From Bacilli bacterium (GTDB taxonomy: Bacteria; Bacillota_I; Bacilli_A; RFN20; CAG-826): a stretch of DNA of 64,000 nucleotides. The stretch is from NCBI GenBank assembly GCA_041653015.1, contig JBAZGG010000005.1, forward strand, positions 1,958 to 65,957, in the 5' to 3' direction. Every line of letters begins with the position of its first letter. The stretch's first letter is position 1. The position numbers and the translations under genes were made by a program. This document shows positions 57,271 to 64,000 of this stretch, one piece after another. A model generated the notes under the pieces. The model saw nothing but the letters and a program-made list of their open reading frames with translations, had not been told where the DNA came from and did no database searches.

Positions 57271-59973
57271 ATGGATAAAAAAAATATTGTCCGCGTTAAA
57301 AAAAACGCTAAGACGAGTTCGAATGAAAATTTAAAAAGAGTTGCCATGATGGATAAGATGAAATTATTCAAACATTTTTCTTCATCTCCATTAGGCTTAA
57401 AAGGCGAAGATATCATCGAAGAGCAGAGAAGCAAGCATGGCAACAATAAGTTTAGCAGTGAGAAAAAGAAATCCGGATTTCGTAAATTCCTCGAAGCGTT
57501 TCTTAATCCGTTTACCGGGATTTTGTTCGTCATCGCGGCCGTTTCCTTTACCACTGACGTCGTGCTCGCTGATCCAAATAGCAGAAACTATGTGACGTGT
57601 TCTATCATCGTCGTCTTGGTTCTTTTCTCAGGCGTATTGCGATTTGTCCAGGAGTTGAAGAGTTCAAAAGCGATGGATAGTCTCCTCTCCATGATTGAAA
57701 CCACAACCGCTGTGATGCGAGATGGAATTACAAAAGAGATACCGATCGATGAAGTGGTGGTGGGCGATATCATCCATCTGACCGCTGGTGATATCGTTCC
57801 ATGCGATGGAAGAATCATCGATGCCAAAGACTTGTTTATCACTCAAGCCGCCCTCACTGGCGAATCTGAACCAGCGGAGAAATCTCCTGTTTGTGATCAT
57901 CCGATACTCAAAACGATCACCGATGTTCGCAGCTTGGTTTTTATGGGCACCACCGTGTTGAGCGGAAGCGCAAATATGATCGCTATTCAAGTCGGTAAAA
58001 ACACGATTTTAGGCGAGACGGCAAAAACGCTGACCGTCAAGGTTCCACCGACCAGTTTTGAAAAGGGCATCAAATCGATATCGCTGATACTGATCTATTT
58101 CATGGTCGTGATGGCCACGATCGTCTTGCTCATCAACGGTTTTTTGAAAAACAATTGGCTCAGCGCTTTCTTATTCGCGATCTCTGTCGCCGTCGGTCTG
58201 ACGCCAGAGATGCTGCCGATGATCGTCACGACCTGCTTAGCGAAAGGCGCGACGCTGATGGCGAAGAAAAAAGTCATCATCAAAAAGCTCGATTCGATTC
58301 AGAATTTTGGCGCGATGGATATTTTGTGCACGGATAAAACGGGGACGTTGACGCAAGATCAAGTCGTTCTTGAGCAGCATTTAGATGTCCATGGACAAGA
58401 TGATACGCGCGTGCTTCGTCACGCCTTTTTAAATGCCTATTATCAAACTGGGCTTAAAAATATTCTCGATCTATCCATCATCAACAAAACGAATGAACTT
58501 TCGGCAAAGTTTAGCGAATTAAAAGCTCTGCAGAGCGATTACCAAAAAGTGGATGAGATACCATTTGATTTCGCTCGTCGAAGGATGAGCGTCGTGGTCA
58601 AAAATAAGATGGGCAAAGTCCAGGTTATCACCAAAGGTGCAGTAGAAGAGATCATCAATATCTGTTCATTTGTGGAATATCATGGAAAAGTCGAACCATT
58701 GACGGCGGATTTGAAGAAGGAGATATTCGCGAACGTGGCTAAACTCAACGCGAATGGAATGCGCGTCATCGCTGTCGCGCAGAAGACGAATCCAGCTCCA
58801 GTCGGGACCTTCTCTGTCAAAGATGAGGAGGAAATGGTTCTCATCGGTTATTTGACATTCCTCGATCCCGCCAAACCATCTGCCAAAGCTGCGATCAAAG
58901 AATTGTTGCAATATGGAGTAAATATTAAAATTCTCACCGGAGACAATGAGATTGTCACGCAGAGAATCTGTCAAGATGTCGGCTTGAATGCGAAGAGCAT
59001 CATGCTCGGTTCGGAAGTGGATGAACTGAGCGATAGCCAATTGAAACTTCGAGTGGATGAGACTGTTATTTTTGCTAAACTCCTACCCGAACAAAAAGCT
59101 CGCGTCGTTCGTTTGCTAAAAGCTAAAGGCCATGTCGTCGGATATATGGGCGATGGCATCAATGACGCTCCCGCGATGCGCGAAGCCGATATAGGGATAA
59201 GCGTCGATAGCGCTGTCGATATCGCTAAAGAATCAGCCGATGTTATTCTGCTCGAAAAGAATCTCAATGTTCTCAAAGAGGGATTGATTGAAGGGCGAAA
59301 AGTATATAACAATCTGATGAAGTATATCAAGATTACCGCCAGCTCTAATTTTGGCAATATGCTCTCCGTCGTCATCGCCAGTATCATGCTGCCATTCCTG
59401 CCCATGCTCCCAGTCCAATTGATTCTGCTCAATATGATCTACGACATTTCTTGTACCGCTCTGCCGTGGGATAATGTCGATCCTGAATACCTTCTCCAAC
59501 CGAGAAAATGGGAAGCCAAAGACATCGTTCGCTTCGTCTTTTCATTCGGTCCGATCTCATCCATTTTTGATATCACGACATTCGTCATGCTCTTCTACAT
59601 ATTCGGTCCGATGGCTTTTGGTGGATCATACGATAGTTTATCTATCGAACAACAATTTAGCTTTGCTATGCTCTTTCAAACCGGTTGGTTCATCGAGTCG
59701 ATATGGACTCAACTCGTCGTCATTCACATCCTGCGTTCAAAACGTTTTCCTCTCGTCCAATCCAAAGCCGCTCCGATGGTTTATTTCTTTACGGTCATGA
59801 TCATCATATTCTCTTCTCTAATCTGCTATATACCATATGTGAGTGAAGCCTTCCATCTCTGGAATATCACGCCTATATTCTTCCTCTATGTCATCGGTGT
59901 GGTAGTGGTCTATGCTCTCATCGCTTCCTTAGTGAAGATGATCTATGTAAAAAAGCATCCATCATTCTTATAA
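57271..59973 (+). CDS. mgtA: Magnesium-translocating P-type ATPase (P3B)
   Basis: TGES, GLTPEMLP, DKTGTLT, PFDFARRRMS, GDGINDAP, SSNFGN; ATG 57271 after GGGAG. Confidence 0.92.
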   Translation: MDKKNIVRVKKNAKTSSNENLKRVAMMDKMKLFKHFSSSPLGLKGEDIIEEQRSKHGNNKFSSEKKKSGFRKFLEAFLNPFTGILFVIAAVSFTTDVVLADPNSRNYVTCSIIVVLVLFSGVLRFVQELKSSKAMDSLLSMIETTTAVMRDGITKEIPIDEVVVGDIIHLTAGDIVPCDGRIIDAKDLFITQAALTGESEPAEKSPVCDHPILKTITDVRSLVFMGTTVLSGSANMIAIQVGKNTILGETAKTLTVKVPPTSFEKGIKSISLILIYFMVVMATIVLLINGFLKNNWLSAFLFAISVAVGLTPEMLPMIVTTCLAKGATLMAKKKVIIKKLDSIQNFGAMDILCTDKTGTLTQDQVVLEQHLDVHGQDDTRVLRHAFLNAYYQTGLKNILDLSIINKTNELSAKFSELKALQSDYQKVDEIPFDFARRRMSVVVKNKMGKVQVITKGAVEEIINICSFVEYHGKVEPLTADLKKEIFANVAKLNANGMRVIAVAQKTNPAPVGTFSVKDEEEMVLIGYLTFLDPAKPSAKAAIKELLQYGVNIKILTGDNEIVTQRICQDVGLNAKSIMLGSEVDELSDSQLKLRVDETVIFAKLLPEQKARVVRLLKAKGHVVGYMGDGINDAPAMREADIGISVDSAVDIAKESADVILLEKNLNVLKEGLIEGRKVYNNLMKYIKITASSNFGNMLSVVIASIMLPFLPMLPVQLILLNMIYDISCTALPWDNVDPEYLLQPRKWEAKDIVRFVFSFGPISSIFDITTFVMLFYIFGPMAFGGSYDSLSIEQQFSFAMLFQTGWFIESIWTQLVVIHILRSKRFPLVQSKAAPMVYFFTVMIIIFSSLICYIPYVSEAFHLWNITPIFFLYVIGVVVVYALIASLVKMIYVKKHPSFL

Positions 59974-60104
59974 TTCTGACGACTAGTTTGCTTCTTCGCT
60001 TATTTTTCTCTACTCGTCACACTATATTTATTTTAAGAGACGTAAGTGATATATTAAGTATAATATGTGCCTAAAGTCATCGTAATATATCCAAGGAGAA
60101 TCTC

Positions 60105-61958
60105 ATGGAAGAACAGAATGATTTATTAGAACCGGTACGAATATATAATTCTAAATTAAAAGATCAATTTCACCAAAATGCCGAATCATTTTTTGATGAA
60201 CTGACAAAAAAAGCTGGCACCGATATAGGTGCCAACCGAGTGACTATCAATGAATATAAACAGCTGTGCACTCAATTGGATAAAGGGATCAGCAAGAAAA
60301 AAGGTTTAACTAAGTTAAAAGGATTTTTAATCGCTCTCACCATCATCGCTCTTGTGGCCGCTATCGTCCTGTTCGTGATGTGCGGAATTAATAAGGCTAG
60401 CAATTTTGTTCTATTCATCATCGTCGGCATCTGTCTCGTCTTGTTTGCTGCTGGGATGATCGTTCTTCTCGCCGTTAAAATTCGAACAGCGTTAAACGAC
60501 GCAAAAAAAGTGGTGGAGAAATTACAAAAAGCCTGTGAAGAGAAAAAGAACGAGGGATTCGTTCAGATGAAATCGTTGAATGCTTCCTATGATTGGAACA
60601 TTCCTATCTCTCTCGCCACTAAGACGACACCACTCATTCAATTAGATACTTTTTTTAGCGCGGATAAATATGAATATCTCCACGAAAAATATGGCTTCAA
60701 TGAAAACACGGATGAATCGATTTCGAGCATTTATGCTCAATCGGGTTCAATTCTAGGCAACCCATTCGTCATCAAGCGCGACTACTCCCGACGCATGGGA
60801 ACATACACATATGAAGGCAGCATCACCATTTCGTGGACGACGACCATTCCTACGAAAGATGGATATCAAACCGTCACGCACACACAAACGTTGACAGCGA
60901 CCGTGACAAAACCTAAACCATACTACTATCTCGATACTTGTCTCATCTTCGGCTCTGAAGCCGCTCCTAGGTTGAGCTTTTCTCGACAGCCGAGCGATGC
61001 TAACAAAATGTCAGAAAAAGATATTGATAGGTATGTCAAATCATTTGATAAGAAACTCGATAAGATGGTGGAGGAGAGCTTGAAGAAAAATCAAAATTTC
61101 ACTCCGCTGACGAATACTGAATTTGAAGCCTTATTCAACGCTTTAAACCGCGACAACGAAGTCGAGTTTCGTTTATTGTTCACCCCTCTAGCGCAGAAGA
61201 GCATGATCGAACTCATAAAATCGAAAGTGCCATTTGGAGATAATTTCTCCTTTGTTAAAAGTCATTGCCTGAATTATATCGATGCTCGCCACATGGAGAA
61301 TGCTATGCTAGAATTTTCTCCGTCGATGTTCATCGATTTCGATTACGACAATGCCAAGTTACATTTTATAAACACTTGCGATGATTATTTTAGAAACCTA
61401 TTCTTCCAATTGGCGCCTCTTCTAACCATTCCTCTCTACCAGCAGCACAAAGCTTTTGAATACATCTATCAGCAGCCATACTACGGCAATATCACGAGAT
61501 TTGAAGTGGAATCGATGGCGAACTCCTATAGCTCTGCGCTATTTAAGAATCCGATCAGCGCTACGCCCGCCATTTTAAAGAGCATGTTCGAGAAAAAGGA
61601 AGGCAAAGCCGATAAAGTCACCATCCGCGCTCATTCGTATAAGACGATTGAACACATCGAAATCGTTACGAAGATGGGCGGCGATGGTAAGATGCATGAC
61701 ATCCCGGTCCACTGGTTGGAGTATATTCCGATCAGCCAGGACACACCATTTATGGTGCAGGAGTACAAAGCCACCTATCCCGAATTCAAGAATTCAATCG
61801 ATTCTGGAAAATTTAACGATTTTGCTCGCAAGAATGTCGGCGATGGTGGCATACTATTTAAAAGAGGTTTAATTTCATTTCTTACTAACAAGCAGATGGC
61901 GAGTTATAATGATAATGAATTAAATACATTACTTAATCTAAACAAGGGGGAAAAATAA
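60105..61958 (+). CDS. LemA-associated membrane protein (MAG1210-like)
   Basis: Two N-proximal TMs, then a large soluble domain (SGSILGNPF, YEGSITISW, NRDNEVEFRLLFTPLAQ); coupled to lemA. Family name from recollection. Confidence 0.6.
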   Translation: MEEQNDLLEPVRIYNSKLKDQFHQNAESFFDELTKKAGTDIGANRVTINEYKQLCTQLDKGISKKKGLTKLKGFLIALTIIALVAAIVLFVMCGINKASNFVLFIIVGICLVLFAAGMIVLLAVKIRTALNDAKKVVEKLQKACEEKKNEGFVQMKSLNASYDWNIPISLATKTTPLIQLDTFFSADKYEYLHEKYGFNENTDESISSIYAQSGSILGNPFVIKRDYSRRMGTYTYEGSITISWTTTIPTKDGYQTVTHTQTLTATVTKPKPYYYLDTCLIFGSEAAPRLSFSRQPSDANKMSEKDIDRYVKSFDKKLDKMVEESLKKNQNFTPLTNTEFEALFNALNRDNEVEFRLLFTPLAQKSMIELIKSKVPFGDNFSFVKSHCLNYIDARHMENAMLEFSPSMFIDFDYDNAKLHFINTCDDYFRNLFFQLAPLLTIPLYQQHKAFEYIYQQPYYGNITRFEVESMANSYSSALFKNPISATPAILKSMFEKKEGKADKVTIRAHSYKTIEHIEIVTKMGGDGKMHDIPVHWLEYIPISQDTPFMVQEYKATYPEFKNSIDSGKFNDFARKNVGDGGILFKRGLISFLTNKQMASYNDNELNTLLNLNKGEK

Positions 61959-62620
61959 TGGCAAACGAGTTAGATGAAGTGACTGGACCAGTTAACGAAC
62001 AAGGGCAAGACATCAATGTCATCGCCAAGCAGATTCCTGTTAAAGTAGGAGGAGGAAGCAAAGTTTTTGAGGTTATCTTGTGGATCCTATGCATCATTCC
62101 TGGATTGATTTTCTTATTCATGAAGATCAGCGCGGGTAACTACTTGAGCAAATTACAGCAAAAGATTCAACACGACGCTTCACAGATCGATAACTTTTTC
62201 GAACAGCGAGTGGTTATCTTACAAAACGTCGCTAAGCTTCTCGACAAAGCCGTTGATTTAGATAAATCAACCTTCGTCGAAATCGCTAAGTATCGCAGCG
62301 GAAGTAATCCTGGCGAGCATCTCAACGATGTCGCTAAAGGCATTGAAAACATCAACGCTAAAATCAACGTGGCTTTTGAAAACTATCCTGATCTGAAGGC
62401 TCATCAAGAAATCGCTGATGCGATGCAACAGAACTCCTATTTACAAAGAGAGATCACCGCTGCTCGCGAAGTCTACAACGATTCAGTCGCGCAATGGAAT
62501 CAAGATATCTTCTCTTGGCCAACCAAGATGATCGTTGCGGCCAAACGCGGATATACGACCAGAATCCCATTCACAACTTCTAAAGAAATTAAAGAAAAAG
62601 CCGCTGGCGTATTCTTTTAA
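61958..62620 (+). CDS. lemA: LemA family protein
   Basis: N-terminal TM; IDNFFEQR, ENYPDLKA, ITAAREVYNDSV. Confidence 0.9.
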   Translation: MANELDEVTGPVNEQGQDINVIAKQIPVKVGGGSKVFEVILWILCIIPGLIFLFMKISAGNYLSKLQQKIQHDASQIDNFFEQRVVILQNVAKLLDKAVDLDKSTFVEIAKYRSGSNPGEHLNDVAKGIENINAKINVAFENYPDLKAHQEIADAMQQNSYLQREITAAREVYNDSVAQWNQDIFSWPTKMIVAAKRGYTTRIPFTTSKEIKEKAAGVFF

Positions 62621-62639
62621 TTAATCTCATTTACTACAG

Positions 62640-62663
62640 AGCGGTGGAAACACCGCTTTTTTT
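62640..62663 (+). terminator. Intrinsic terminator
   Basis: AGCGGTG-GAAA-CACCGCT followed by a T tract. Confidence 0.85.
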
Positions 62664-62732
62664 CTTATCTCATAAAATAAAACATTTTGCTCATTTTCAC
62701 CTTTTGTTTTTTAAAACAAGTATAATGATTTC

Positions 62733-63671
62733 ATGACTTCTAGCAAGAAAATAACGCTCATCGCTGTTTTGACAGCTATCGCCTCCGCACTGCTATCTTC
62801 CTTCTATCTTCCTGTCTCATCTCTTCTGATGCAGAATGATGGTCTCAGCGCTCTATTCATGGGAGGCTTTTCTTTCTTAGGTGGAGCCATCGCCGCTCTA
62901 GTGATGTTTCTCGGTGAGAAAATCTATGCGAAAAAGAAACATCTTTCGATTGAACCCTACCTCAATAAAAAAGATTTTCTTATCCTCTCTGGACAGATAT
63001 GCTCATCGATCGCCTCGACCATCTGCCTTTTATACGCCATTAAGCTCACGAGTGCGGAAAATGTTTCTCTCTACTCGAGCTTTGAGATTCTTTTCACATC
63101 CTTGCTCGCCCTCATCGTCTTTAAAGAGATAATTCATGTCCCATCATGGATCGGTATTATTCTCATCGCTGCGGGATGTACGCTGTTGAGCGTCGATTTC
63201 ACTTCGACTGGTTCCATCGCATTTTCATGGGGGAGCCTTCTCGCCTTAGCTTCATGCGCTATCTGGGGCATCGATAATAATCTATCGAGGCTTCTCTCCC
63301 ATAAGAATAAAAATGAAGCGACGATGGTCAAAGGTTTTGTCGTCGGACCCGTTCTATTGATCATCGGCTTTTGCATCGGCGATCGCATCGTCAGCTTAAA
63401 TTGGCTCTATTCACTGATGCTCGGCACGGTGACAATCGGTGTCTCAATCATTCTCTACATGTGGGCCCAGAAGACGCTCGGCGCCTCCAAGACCAGCGCG
63501 TTTTATATGTTCTCGCCATTCTTGGGTTCTTTGATCTCGCTCGTCATTCTAAAGGCGACGCCCAATTGGAACTACTATGTCGCTCTCGGCTCGGTGGTCG
63601 TCGGCCAATTTTTTGTGCTCTTCGATCTGCTCAAGCGCGACAAAAAGAAACAAGAGAAACGTTTGGAATAA
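62733..63671 (+). CDS. DMT/EamA family transporter
   Basis: Ten TM segments in two repeats, WGIDNNL. Confidence 0.85.
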   Translation: MTSSKKITLIAVLTAIASALLSSFYLPVSSLLMQNDGLSALFMGGFSFLGGAIAALVMFLGEKIYAKKKHLSIEPYLNKKDFLILSGQICSSIASTICLLYAIKLTSAENVSLYSSFEILFTSLLALIVFKEIIHVPSWIGIILIAAGCTLLSVDFTSTGSIAFSWGSLLALASCAIWGIDNNLSRLLSHKNKNEATMVKGFVVGPVLLIIGFCIGDRIVSLNWLYSLMLGTVTIGVSIILYMWAQKTLGASKTSAFYMFSPFLGSLISLVILKATPNWNYYVALGSVVVGQFFVLFDLLKRDKKKQEKRLE

Positions 63672-63700
63672 AAAAAGATGCCCACATCTCTGTGGCTCTT

Positions 63701-64000
63701 TTAATCTTCGTCCGCGATCGCGTTGCCAGTATATAATTGGTAATATTTACCTTTTTGTTTGAGAAGCTCATCGTGTGTCCCTCTTTCGATTATTCGGCCT
63801 TCATCGAGGACCATGATGACATCTGAATTCTTGATCGTCGAAAGGCGGTGAGCGATGACGAAGACGGTTCGACCTTTCATGATGGCATCCATTCCTTCTT
63901 GGACGAGCACTTCTGTTCGAGAGTCGATTGAAGAAGTGGCTTCATCGAGAATCATCACCGGGGGATCGGCGACGGCGGCGCGTGCGATAGCGAGCAGCTG
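63701..64000 (-). CDS. C-terminus of an ABC exporter ATP-binding protein (partial)
   Basis: QLLAIARAAVADPPVMILDEATSSID...VIAHRLSTI; the frame continues off the right edge. Confidence 0.9.
   Translation of the reverse strand, partial: QLLAIARAAVADPPVMILDEATSSIDSRTEVLVQEGMDAIMKGRTVFVIAHRLSTIKNSDVIMVLDEGRIIERGTHDELLKQKGKYYQLYTGNAIADED

Overview
AT-rich, densely coded chromosomal window of a low-GC Bacillota (standard code, TGA used as stop). By inference it is a reduced-genome, host-associated Bacilli lineage close to RF39/RFN20/Mollicutes. Housekeeping and metabolic content: FabT-like regulator with DegV, two PlsC-like acyltransferases, cysteine desulfurase with thioredoxin and CcdA-like genes, enoate reductase, serine dehydratase, LicD, potABCD, MgtA, rubrerythrin and LemA. 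It carries 11 tRNA genes and an AbiE type IV toxin-antitoxin pair beside a tRNA-Ser att-like scar. No CRISPR array, rRNA, integrase or transposase was seen. Best candidate for an undescribed system: a four-gene SipW-dependent fibre operon (17995-21328). It encodes a TasA-like major subunit, a second SipW-type substrate made of only the shared 20-aa N-terminal strand plus 8 CBM5/12-like repeats, an apparently inactive SipW paralog and an intact SipW. Other notable signals: a uORF plus SD-sequestering hairpin upstream of mgtA; compensated non-canonical elbow pairs in adjacent tRNA-Asp (A19-U56) and tRNA-Phe (A54-U58); a double U-U mismatch in the initiator tRNA T-stem; and many apparently leaderless genes. 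All family assignments come from motif recognition by eye; no database searches were run.
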